From Balanoglossus misakiensis (Eukaryota > Animalia > Hemichordata), in contig CM082582.2 in NCBI GenBank assembly GCA_040954595.2, positions 12,607,777 through 12,671,776 of the forward strand: a stretch of DNA of 64,000 bases. The letters are read 5' to 3'. Shown one piece after another: positions 12,292-23,794 of this stretch. Numbering within the stretch: the first letter of the stretch is position 1; each line of letters starts with the position of its first letter. Under the pieces are notes generated by a model. The model saw only the letters and a list, made by a program, of their open reading frames with translations, made no database searches and was not told where the DNA came from. The translations under genes and the position numbers were made by a program.

Positions 12292-13944
12292 TCCCGCTGG
12301 TTTCACTGCCGACCCTGCGTGCATGCAGAATTCACAATTCTCTGTAACACGGATCGAGATTCCCCGAGTCTGCGCAAAACGATCGACTCAATAATACTTA
12401 CTTGCATGTGTGCGCGTCTCTCCGTATCACGTATAGTCAGCGCCATACCGAGTGGCGACATGGCCAAAAAAACTATTTGCAATCGTCCGACCACAAGGAC
12501 AAGACACAGTTCTCAGTAATTTCAGGTTACTAATATTTACTTTTATGGGGTTTGCTGACTGTATCATGTCAGGGAAGAAATGTCCGCTTTACTCAGTAGT
12601 TAGACATTGATATTTAAGATATTTGACACTCACGCAAAGATTTCTGTGTTGCATTTTAATGTTATGAGTGTGGAGAGATTTTCATAGATATATAGACGTT
12701 TCTCAGTCGCATAACTGCATGTACCAATCTTATCATTTGCATATGCGGTTCTCATGGATACTGAGAGTTGCGACTTCCGCTTGACAGTTTTGACTTATGA
12801 GACTACTACAGGGAAAAGAGAAAAAAACAGACGATGTCTGTATTTTAATGTGAACAGGAGACAGAAATGCATTAGTCGTTTAATTTATGACCCAGCCCTT
12901 TGTGTTTTTGGGGACAGATTTGTTGGCATGGCAGCCAATTGGTACTAATTAAGGCAAATTCGACCACGCCCTTGCTTGATCGACGTATTTATTAGTTACC
13001 TTTTCTGAAAGTAATTTTTGAATATGGAGAGAAATTTTACATAATTAAGAATATTGTGCTTTGGAAAATTACACTTTGGCAGGCGTGTACATCCACTTGG
13101 TCTGTAGTTATTTCTATAGCGTTACGATACTACCCTATCCTACGTGTTGAGCGAATATTACCTAAATGCATACATGCATGTATTCGTGGGGCCCCTAAGT
13201 CATTGATAAAACATGAACCGCATTCAATATACGTGTGCAGTCGGCGGGAACACCACAGAGTCTAAAAGTGTTCGTGAATCGTTGAGTGATATCTTCTACC
13301 GAATCGTTTGATTTTGTTCTTTCTACAGAAAAACGCCTTTTGGAAGCAAAACAACTCAAGTACCACCGTTTTCAAGGGAAAAAAGGTAAGGTTGCTAACA
13401 ATGAGTTAGATATCTCTCCGTTGACCTTATCCGGACTCAATTATTCTCCAGTACTCGCACCAGTCAAATTTTGGGGAACAGCAACTCTCGTTTCAAGGTT
13501 GTTGTTTTTTTCAACTGATGAAAACAGATCGATCAAACGTGACACAAAGAAGCACGAGTACCAATGCTACATTTCATTTGGCTTTTTCCTAACTATGTGC
13601 AAAATCTAGGGTTTGTCTTGAGCATGGAGTTCCATGGCTGCATACGAACTCTTGGATGATTTGTGTAGGGGGTGGCGGAGATCGCTTAGAGCTATGGGTG
13701 TGGTTACTTGTTCCACACTTTTCGAATGACCTTGGCTTTTCAATTCAAGGCCCGAGTTCACTTGTTTAAAATCCATTACAGCAAAAGCTGTTGACAAACT
13801 CTTGTCGCATTTTGGGTCATATAGTTATATTATCCGCAGGTGGTAAACTCCAGAAAGCCGGTCACCGGTTGTTGAAAGGTTTCTTCACTGGAATAATAAT
13901 TCAGCGTCTCTATTTCGTCTTCTACGCGAATAAGGTCCGTTACC

Positions 13945-16900
13945 ATGAGAACGTATTTTCTCAGATGGATGGTGTTAAGTTGCTGTCTCGTCGGATCACA
14001 AGGAGACTACAGTAGCAGTGAGTATTCGTAATTTTCGAAGTTCTAGAAGAACTATAGCGTTGGTTTTGTGGATTTATTTTAGCGCATGTCAAGTAATTGA
14101 AAGCGTTCGGCAGGTTTTACAGTAATGGGCACCACCAGCATATGTAGTCTGTGCAGAAAACACCTATAAACAATTGGCATGCGCAAAGACAACAGAATGC
14201 GTGCAACGCGTAGAAGCCATTCGTCACCTTTGGCCAATAATTGACGACACACACACAGAGCTTGAAGAAAAGGATAACTCACTTCCATTAAACCAGAAAC
14301 AGACGACAATCGTCATGGACTATATATTTTACTATCGAATCGATCGGTTTTATTGACCCTGAGGAAACAAACTAGGGAAAGCGAACAGCTCAAATTCAAA
14401 TCAAACAATTACTTGAGACGCAGGTGGAAATGTTCAAGGTGCACTTCAATTATTCAAAATTAATTTCCGTTTCCACCCTCACCGATCATCGACCCTTGGG
14501 TGTGGAAACGGGGCAAAGGCTACACAAACCGCAAACATGATTGTAAAATAAATTTCAAAGTACTGACATTTAAGGTGCAGAATCGTGAATATAACTATTA
14601 TTGTTCGCAAACCCTGAATGAGGGTAGGGTTGTTTACTTTGGAGTAAACTCCAACATTTTCCCATCAAAACGGATTTCTCCCGCACGATATCTAAATTTT
14701 GACAATTTTGAGTAAAATAATAATACATATAAGTATGGGGCAAGTGCTTTTGCATTAATTGACCATTTTAGACCAAAATGTTCTGCTTTTAAAAGAAACC
14801 CAGCTATTGTAGTTTATTTTCACGACATGGCCCGAACAAAGGAACCCATTCTGTGAAACGAGTGGTACGAACAACCACATGCTAAGTCCGTGCATAGGGG
14901 CAGTAATGTTTGAAAGCTTATATTGAGCCAGCGTTCATTTTACGGAATATGCCATCTCGTATTAACATTCCAAATGTTGTCAACTTTGAAAGGGTCTTTG
15001 TTCGACCTTACAAACCGGAACACAAGAGGGCAACAAAAACACATGACAACAACTTCATGAAAAGACGTATTTATGGGCCTGCTGTTCACAGGAAAGTTGT
15101 CGAAAGATGTCATGATGATTCAGTCTGAATGATCGTTTGTTTCACTAATGTAATGAATCATTTCACACAACCGTGATTTTTAAATATTCGCCTTTACATC
15201 AAGAGACAGTTTATTATCTATATTGTTAAACGTAGCAATTATAATAGCTTTCTTCAGTCGACATCGATCATACAGGTGGTTGCATGACTGGCGTAGTTGT
15301 TGTGCATCGTCACGGTTATTCCCCGACTGTAACTGCAAGGCTTAAGCACAAAGCTCAGTCAACCGACAAAACTCCCAAAAACAAGGTCGGTAGCCATCGT
15401 AAAAAGTATCACCACATTTTTCGGCCAAGGTAGGATAAATTCCCAAAGAACCTGGTAGCCAATTAAAACAACTGACTTGCCCTTTCCTTGCACCCCCTCC
15501 TCTGAGTGGCCAGTGTATTTCACAGACCGTGCTCCCGTGGAACTTTGCCCACAGCAATTCCATCTGACAGTAAATTCTCGCTAATCAATCTTTCCCTTCA
15601 ACCATCGAAGCATGGTAGGGGCCTTATGCTTCGCGTACCTGTTGTCCACCGTCACGGTACTTACCCTCGACTGTATATACCGTAGCACTGCAGTTGTGTA
15701 CACAGAATTCATTCAAGCGATATCGACCCCCACAAACGTGTGTAGCTGGTGTAAAAATCACACATCACTTTCAAATATTTCTTATTCTCCATTTTCATTT
15801 TTCCTTCACAGCTTACTTGTTCTCCGGTATATGCTGGCACAACATCAAACACCGCATAGGAAGGGTCTTCACGGAGCATGTGACGGGATCTGGGTATCCA
15901 CGCGGACAGCACTGCAAGGCGACCGTCATAAGCCCAGACGACCGCTACCGAGTTCTAGTCCTCTTCGAATCGTTCGATGTATATTACAGCGATGGCTGTA
16001 CCGAAGATTTTGTCCGGATTTACGACGGCGATAACATGTTCGACTCGGAGTTGCTGACGGAGCATCCGCTGTGCGGCAACTCTACTCCGCCGTCCTTCCA
16101 GTCGACGGGAAAGACCATCACAGTGGAATTCATGTCTGCCGATCAGTTGCCCAGTACTACTAGGAGTCTCGGTGCCAGGAATCCCCATGGTTTTGAGTTG
16201 GTCTTCAACGTGTTCCTTCCTTATGAAACTGTGAATGGTAAGTTGTTCATGTTCCCCGACGTGGCTGTCTGTCTGTCTGTCTCTCTCTGTCTCTCTCTCT
16301 CTCATGTGCCTCTCTGTCTCTGAGGTTAGTTCAACAACACCTATATCATACACTTGTTGACTTTCTCTTCTCTAGATGGCAACAATGAAACAGCGGCGAT
16401 ACCTGGAACGTTTTGCTGCGAGTCGGGCGACGTTTGCATCGACCAGTCGTTAGTTTGCGATGATTTCTACAACTGCCCCGATAACAGCGATGAAACGGAT
16501 ACTCTACGCTGCCTTGCGAGTAAGTGAGATTTGGGCAGTTTGCAAGTCTCTTTTTGGTGTCTTCTGTTGGTGCTGGTAGCCGTATGTGATTCAGAGCTTA
16601 ATCAACATCGAGGTCGCATGTAATCAAATTTTGTTTGTTTCATTTAGAAAAGACAGGTCTAGAAGAAATTGCCAAGACGTTAGGACTTCCCCTGCAGACT
16701 GTGATAGGTGCGGCTGTTGGATCGATCCTGTTTCTTATTTTGATAATAATCATTATCATCATCGTTTGCTGCTGTTGCTGCTGTGGCAAAGACAAGAAAG
16801 AGGTGAAAGAAATCCATCGCTTTTCGGAGAAGAGACTTCACTCCGGTTCAAGATCAGGTTCGGGCCAGGTGATAGCGAACCCGTACAGGAACTACAGCGG

Positions 16901-17384
16901 AGGGTCGAGGCATGACGTCATCAGGACGGATAACAATAAAGTAATCCACCATTATAGTAAAACATCTGAATCCTTGGTGTCAGTTGGAGGAAGAAGCCAC
17001 CAGAGCGGCGAGGGCCCTGCTTCTCAGACCTTTCCTGTAGAGGGTAGCAATGGATGGGCTCCTCCAGCTCAGGGTTTCTCCTATATCACAGAAGGGAGCG
17101 GAAAGAATTCGACGCACAATTCTGCAACGGAGGGGCCAAAACCCAAACCTTTCCACCTGCAGAAGAAATTCCCTCCCCTGGACGCGAAGGATGACCCACC
17201 CGTAGCCACCAGCAAGAAGCGGGAAGATCCGAAATTGGCCGCCGCGAAAAACTCCAGGGGGAAACGCTCGATTTCGTCGCGTGATGAGGGTTTTGAAACG
17301 GCTAGTGCTTCATCCGTGCGAAGTAGACCAGATGTAGTTTACTACAAGATGTATGACCAACCTCAAGAAAAGCAAAGCCAATAA
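13945..17384 (+). CDS. CUB-LDLa-TM type I membrane protein, paralog 3; exons 13945-14017, 15812-16237, 16376-16519, 16648-17384 (about 459 aa)
   Basis: Exon 1 MRTYFLRWMVLSCCLVGSQG (signal-like) ends at A|GTGAGT in phase 1. CUB exon (GICW..GYPRGQHC..FESFDV..CTEDFVRIYDG..LCG), LDLa exon (FCCESGDVCIDQSLVCDDFYNCPDNSDE..C), TM followed by six Cys. Total 1380 nt in frame. Exon 1 is the least certain part. Confidence 0.82.
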
Positions 17385-18454
17385 ACACATGCAGAAATTC
17401 CTAAGACTATATCTATATACTAAGACTATATTATGTATTATATATAAATAATATATAAACCTCGAAGTTAAACTATTATTAAATAGTTATAATACACAAA
17501 GATAGGGAAGCGTTTGGTTTGTGGGCTCCGGGCCGTTGGTTGGTGTCACAATAAAGCACTCAGCTATCTCTGTAACTGCCAAATATTGTAAGTGTTGTAT
17601 AAGAAGACCAGTGCCTGTCTACGGCACAGTGAAGTGAAACTTGGTAATATACCACTCATACTGATGTTAATATTGTGGTCGGTGTTGTTTGACAAATTTG
17701 CATAAACTTGCATAGATGACCGTATACCATCAATATATATACCCCTTTCCCTGATCCATCGTTATCTTAGGGGTAGGGATAAGTTGTTGGCATTTGTAAT
17801 GAATTTTTGTTAAAAAGTATAATAAACGCATGTATATTTTCTGGGTTTGTCTCTTCACTGGAAACTGTTTTGAAGATACAAACGCACAATTTGGTCAACT
17901 TCCCTAGGTAAACTGTCGTTAAAATTTTATAGGTGACATTTTTCTAAGCTTGGGGCGTTATGTTGTGCCAAATTCAGTCGAAGGGTGGCGCTACCTTCAT
18001 CTACATGCTCTTTATACCCAAGGGAATAAAATTAGGTCAGTACGCAGCCTCGAGGGCAACGTGGAACAAGCACATGATATGATGTACACGTGGAACACAT
18101 CAGCTGGCTGAACACTGCGCGTGATAGTGTAGCTAGCTGAGCTACATGGCGTGATCAGCCAGTGAATTTTACAAAGGCATAGGTTTGTCAACGAATAAAG
18201 ACCGACATTTCCTCCTAATGTCTATGTAGTTCCAAAATATATTTTATTGTAGTTTTTTTAAAGTAAAAATTATGCTATCTGAGTTGCTTTTATGACACCC
18301 GATTGAAAGAACACCCCTATGAAGTCTGAATGGGGTTGCCTAATCTCATTACACACCATCAGCTGATCATTTTAAACGAATGGGTCCAGTTGCTGTGTGT
18401 TCCCTTAGAGCTTGAATCTGCGATATACTTCGATGTACTAGATTAGAATGCTAG

Positions 18455-18461
18455 TATAAAA
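18455..18461 (+). promoter_or_regulatory. TATA box of PMT promoter 1
   Basis: TATAAAA at 18455-18461, 44 bp upstream of the uORF ATG and about 200 bp upstream of the main ATG. Confidence 0.6.
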
Positions 18462-18498
18462 AGCAAACTCAACACAATCTTGTTGTTAGACTACATCT

Positions 18499-18576
18499 AT
18501 GACACCAAGAGGAAGACAACACAACTGCCGAAGTCGCTCCTTCAGCCGAACCCGTCAAGCAATCCACACTATCTAA
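18499..18576 (+). CDS. Conserved-peptide upstream ORF in the PMT 5' leader, 25 aa MTPRGRQHNCRSRSFSRTRQAIHTI
   Basis: Translated by hand from ATG 18499 to TAA 18574-18576. The length and the M..RGR..N.RSRSFSR.R.A[IV] pattern match the plant PEAMT/XIPOTL1 conserved uORF as I recall it, and it sits in the equivalent position upstream of a PMT gene. Confidence 0.88.
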   Translation: MTPRGRQHNCRSRSFSRTRQAIHTI

Positions 18577-18653
18577 ACCTGGTGGATCAGACAAGCCAAA
18601 ATTGGCATTTTCGTTAAAATTCACATTCGCACTTGGACCAGACTTCCGCGACA

Positions 18654-21600
18654 ATGGCAAATCCTGCTTCGTACGGTTAGTATTCAATATTTGTTAGTTA
18701 TAATCTTAGGCTATTAGTGGAGCCATGGAGAAACGAGATAAATTTAACATTTATTGCCGAATATTTTAGTGGATGTTCAGTACGTGGGCAAAATAATGTA
18801 ATTGACATGATGATGCTCCATTCTGATTGGATGCGGCAACTTCTCTGAGAGTGTCCATATCAGTTTGGGATATGAATAGTTGCTTTGGGGAAATATTATA
18901 AATGGCAACTGTTCTAAGGCATTGGTCAGTGCGTGGCCAGACATGGATCAGTCATGTAAGTAAAGGGGGTGCTTCGTACATCCACGTCCACACACAAAGG
19001 TTGGCAGTGCGCCTGCATTGTTTGTATTCAAATTTTCTATATGAATGAGTGAGCAATGCGGGCTGACCGGCTAAGCGGCTAGCCGTCATATACAGAACTC
19101 TGACCTTCCCGTACCTTGGCGCTTTAATAGCATTGTATGTTAATTTTTAAAAAATGGCTGAAAAGCGTACAGTTGCACATTGCTGATGGAACTCTATCAT
19201 GATGTGATCGATAAGTGTACACACATGATATGTTTATTATGTTGTATTAAACATGGATGTGGTGTATGTATGTATGTATGTATGTATGTATGTATGTATG
19301 TATGTGTGTGTGTGTGTGTGTGTCTGTCTGTCTGTCTGTCTCTGTGTCTGTATGTGTCTGTCTGTCTAGATTAACTTGTCCACTGAACTGACACATCACA
19401 AGCTTATAAAAGAGAATGTATGCGTATAAACATTTCTTTTGTCTGCTCCACAGAAAATGGTAACATTCGTAATGTTATGAAAGACTACTGGGTCGATCAT
19501 TCTCAAAAGGCAACCCTTGAAGAAATGATGTTGGACTCTCAGGCTAGAAGTTTGAGCGAGGCAGAAATGCCCGAGATCTTGTCTATGCTGCCCAGGGTAG
19601 AAGGAAAGAGAGTTCTAGAATTGGGTGCAGGTATCGGGTAAGTTTGCTATGCTGGTTTTGTATAGACTTGGGTCTTCAGTTCACAATAATGGGATGAGAA
19701 ATTGTATCGTCCTTTTAATCATATGTTCTCATTGCAGACGGTTTACAGGAATCCTGGCAAAAAGTGCCTCTCATGTCACAGCAGTTGACTTCATGGAATC
19801 CTTCATCACGAAGAACAAACAAAACAACAGCCACCACGACAATGTGGAGTTCGTCCGAGCTGATGTCACTCATGTGAAGTTTCCAGAAAGAAGGTAAGTT
19901 GTATCAGGAAGGTAATAGTCCCCCATTGCAATGCACACCAATCTTTTGATCACATGAAATATACACATTAGGTTTACTCATCATACCAGCAAACTTTGCA
20001 GAAGATATGCTAATAAGCCAGGAGAATTCTTATTTATAGTTTTTATAGTTTGCTACAATGCTGCAGTTTGTTTTAATTGTTTTTCCATGCGAGAATTATT
20101 TTTTAAATTGGGAAAGGAAAAATCCATGAAATAGATGAATGTGTGCCTTCTAAATTATTCAAATAGTGTCATCTGAACTACAGTGAAGTTTTAGAAAGGT
20201 CAATGAAGAGCTGTGAAAAAAAAATCGTACTTAATATTCTGATCATCCAGTATACAAAAAAAACTAGGGCACACTGGGTTCTGTTAATAGCAAATTTTTA
20301 TTGGAAAAACACTATTTGCAACTTGCACAGTGCACAACACTAATATTAGTATCTGTAATAGGGGATTGAGCTAATATTAGTATATAAGAGATTGGAATCC
20401 AGAAATATCTCACCAATTCACTTCACGTAGCAAGCAAGTCTACACTAAACCACTACCCAAATCCCCATCCCTCAAAAAGGATGTTTCAATTACATATGCA
20501 AGTTCTGAGCGTGTCACTCATCGACACGCATAGACAGACAGACAATTACAAACACACATATAATACATTCAGAACAGTGTTTTCATTGCTCAAGTGATAT
20601 TTTGTGGTTAAGAATTGAAGTGCATTGTTTTCTGTTGGACTCTGGCTTCCTATAATTAGCAGTGAAGAACTTTGGACACATCTAATAAAGTCCACTTGTG
20701 TATCTTTGTCTACGCTGGCATTTCCAGGTCACAGGTCAGCTTGTCCGAGATCTAGATACGTGTGATATTCTTACAGGTTTCTTATCTGGGAATAATCTTA
20801 AAATATTTCGAGTAATGCTCAAAACCTTCCACCACCATAATTTTGTTTTACCCTTTCATCACAATTGTTTGACCCAACTTTATTGTTCTCATTGCCAATA
20901 CTGGATCTCTCCAGAGGAAAATGGGGGTGATAGGTATTGAAGTTTGAAATTAGCATTAACAAGTAACTGTCAAAATGCTATTCACCCTGGTCCCTGTTGT
21001 TATGAAACAGTTGACCAGTGATATCAGTGCAGTCCATCATGTACAGTGCAAACTTTGGACCATAAGCAACCTTTAGCCAACCTACTTATAAACTGTACTT
21101 ATCCTTAAAGGACTGTACCATTTAGAAATGGGTGTTGCAGCATGTGATGGGCAACTCGATGTGGTGGACAAACAAGTAGAACAAAATTGAAAATACACAG
21201 AAGGAATTGAACAACTGAAAATGTCACCACCCAACAATTGCACAATAATATTTGACGACTTTTCTTCCCTCTTTTCCAGTTATGACATCATATTTTCCAA
21301 CTGGTTGATGATGTATTTGACTGATGATGAAGTATTGAAGCTGGCTAAGAATGCACTGATATGGCTGAAAGAGGGCGGCCTTTTGTTTTTCAGGGAGTCT
21401 TGTTTCCACCAGTCAGGTACGTACATGTTTTTGTGATTTGATTCATAACTTTCTGACAATTCATTGATGTATGAGAATGGGAATAGATTATAGGATTACT
21501 AATGTCTGAAAATGTAGAGAATGTGATGCGACATGTATGTGAATGTTAATCCCAATTGGAGGATAGAGAATTAATAATTTGTCTGATCATCTTTCAGGGG

Positions 21601-23794
21601 ATACACCACGTAAAACAAACCCATCCGTGTACCGGTATCCCACTCTGTACAACGCGATGTTTCAGAGCGTTAGTGAACCGATTGAAGGAGAGGAAACGCT
21701 GTCATTGGGATTTGACATCATTTTCACCAAGTCTGTGCAGACGTACATCAAGGTGAGACCAGCTGTGTTGAAAGTCAGTTGTCATAGAAGGATGGTTGTG
21801 TTTGGACGCCAGAATACGTTTTTCTGCTGTACTGTGACTTTTTGTGATGTGTTCACAATTCTTTTTTCATGTTAGCTTAGTTTAGATTTGTCACATTGAC
21901 AATAAGTGATACTTTGTGCCTACATCGTTCTGAATGTTTTCATCTCGTTCACAGATGAAGAAAAACCAAAACCAAATGTGTTGGTTGATGGAGAAGAAAC
22001 GAATGGAGAATGCTGCTCACCATGGATACAACACCTTCCAATCATTCCTGGACAACCAACAGTATTCTAAACAGGGGATTTTACGATACGAGAAAGTCTT
22101 TGGGGAAGGCTACGTCAGTACTGGTGGAGCAGAGACTACAGAAGTAAGGAACTTGGACATTCATATACAGACTGATCACAGTTGACACGAGATACATGTC
22201 TTTATACCCACTGACTTCTGCCTGGATGTTGATAGTGTCAGAATATATGGGAAACATTTTCAACATTCTGTTTTGTACAGGAATTTGTTGCCACGTTGAA
22301 GTTACAACCAGGACAGCAAGTGCTGGATGTTGGGTGTGGCATTGGTGGTGGAGACTTCTACATGGCCAAGGTAATCAGAAACCTTTACCCTTTCACTCTT
22401 GTGTAGCTGTATATAGGTCCAGCTTGGCTGTTGAAAACAATGAAGTAGGGCCAAACCATGGTGGCGAAAAGGTTCAGTCTCTGCTTTTAATATAGCCATG
22501 TAAAGTACATGAATTGAAATATCAATAATCTTCCTTTTGTGTGCAGAAATATGGTGTAGATGTGTTGGGAGTTGACCTGTCATGCAACATGATTGAAATT
22601 GCAATGGAAAGAGCTTTAAGTCAGGAAGGTGATCCTCAGGTAAGAGAGGTTTTGGCAAATAACAAGCGCATTGTATTCTAGAGTATTGGCCCAGGAGCCG
22701 GGAAGTAAATGACCTTAAGAAGAATTGTGAAAAAGTAAAACTGATAACATTAAAACAAAAATGTTGTAACATGATCTGTTGCCGCCTGTCTGTTTATTTT
22801 TAATCTCTGATATATTTATTATTTCTACTTCACATTTTAACAGGTACAATTTGAAATATCTGATATCACCAAGAGAGAATTTGACAAAGACTCTTTTGAT
22901 GTCATCTACAGTAGAGATACTCTTCTGCATATTCCGGACAAACCAGCCCTGTTTGTCAAATTTTTGGTACGTTGAGAAAACCTTATTTTGATCCCAAGAT
23001 CTTACTTTAATTACATGTAATATGAGCCTCACAAAATTTCAAAATCTCACTACCACTATTTTGTTCAAACTGTCAAGAAATGGACCAAACCAGGAGGAAA
23101 GGTGTTGATCAGTGATTATTGCTGTGGACCACCTGAAAATCATTCTGAGGATTTCAAAAAGTATGTGGCACAGAGAGGGTATATTCTATACACACCAGAG
23201 GAATATGGCAAGGTGAGAGAATCTCCAAGTAAAAAATTAGTTTCTGAAGCTCTTGAACTGAAAATAGTGTCATCTGTGTTTGGGCAACGAAATTTGCCAG
23301 AACAGAAATGAGTACAATGTCTTCTTGTTCTACAGTTGCTTTCAGCTGCTGGTTTTATAAACGTCCAAGCTGAAGACAGAACCGAGCAGTTTATTGCTGT
23401 TCTTGAGAAAGAGATTAAGGAAGACATCAAAGAAAGAAAAGAGGAGTTCTTAGAAGTAAGTTATCATTTCTCACTAGAGCCACAACACCAATGCGGCCAT
23501 GTTTTTTTGCCGCGCTGGCATGATAAGATATTAACCCAATCACCACCATGGTTTGGTCCACATCCATTGTTTTCTGTGGTAAAGTTGGACCTCTATATAA
23601 TAAACAGGGGTTGCAAGGGTTAAACTAGAACAAATCATGGCTGGAATATTTACACGTAGCCGTACCTTATCATCCCACAGGACTTTTCTGAGGATGACTA
23701 TCACTACATCCTCGATGGATGGGAGAGCAAACTGAAGCGCTGTGGAGAGGGCGATCAGCGATGGGGTTTGTTCTACGCAGAGAAACCGCTGTAA
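18654..23794 (+). CDS. pmt: Phosphoethanolamine N-methyltransferase (two SAM domains, plant/Xenopus type); exons 18654-18675, 19454-19637, 19738-19893, 21280-21416, 21598-21752, 21955-22143, 22281-22370, 22547-22639, 22844-22966, 23078-23212, 23336-23455, 23681-23794 (about 505 aa)
   Basis: Motifs include [99 protein letters not shown] and [12 protein letters not shown]. All introns are GT-AG with consistent phases, 1518 nt in total. Exon 1 (MANPASY, G|GTTAGT) was inferred from phase. Confidence 0.95.
18897..18961 (+). promoter_or_regulatory. Candidate alternative PMT promoter and mini first exon (TATAAA, Inr TCAGT, donor GTAAGT)
   Basis: TATAAA at 18897-18902, TCAGT at 18926-18930 (about 30 nt spacing), consensus donor GTAAGT at 18956-18961, and a reverse CCAAT box (ATTGG) near 18826. 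Confidence 0.45.
19263..19366. repeat. Compound microsatellite (TATG)n(TG)n(TCTG)n in PMT intron 1
   Basis: Seen directly. Confidence 0.9.
22388..22472 (+). mobile_element. About 85-bp MITE, copy 1 (PMT intron 7)
   Basis: Starts ccctttcac and ends ccaaaccatggtggcgaaaagg. It shares the core aggtcca...aaacaatg...ccatggtgg with the copies at 23535 and 30361. Confidence 0.65.
23535..23619 (-). mobile_element. About 85-bp MITE, copy 2 (PMT intron 11), flanked by TTAA on both sides
   Basis: TTAA|CCC...GGG|TTAA at 23531-23623. The internal caccaccatggtttggtcc..cattgttt..tggacctcta is the reverse complement of the other two copies. Confidence 0.7.

Noticed and set aside
15612-16034. ORF MVGALCFAYLLSTVTVL... 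as the signal-peptide exon of CUB-LDLa paralog 3
   Set aside because: It is out of frame with the CUB exon and its best donor (ACG|GTACTT) is phase 0, whereas phase 1 is required. Exon 13945-14017 fits better.
18943-18955. ATG GAT CAG TCA T as the coding first exon of PMT
   Set aside because: Splicing it to exon 2 creates an in-frame TAA. It is kept only as a possible non-coding alternative first exon.
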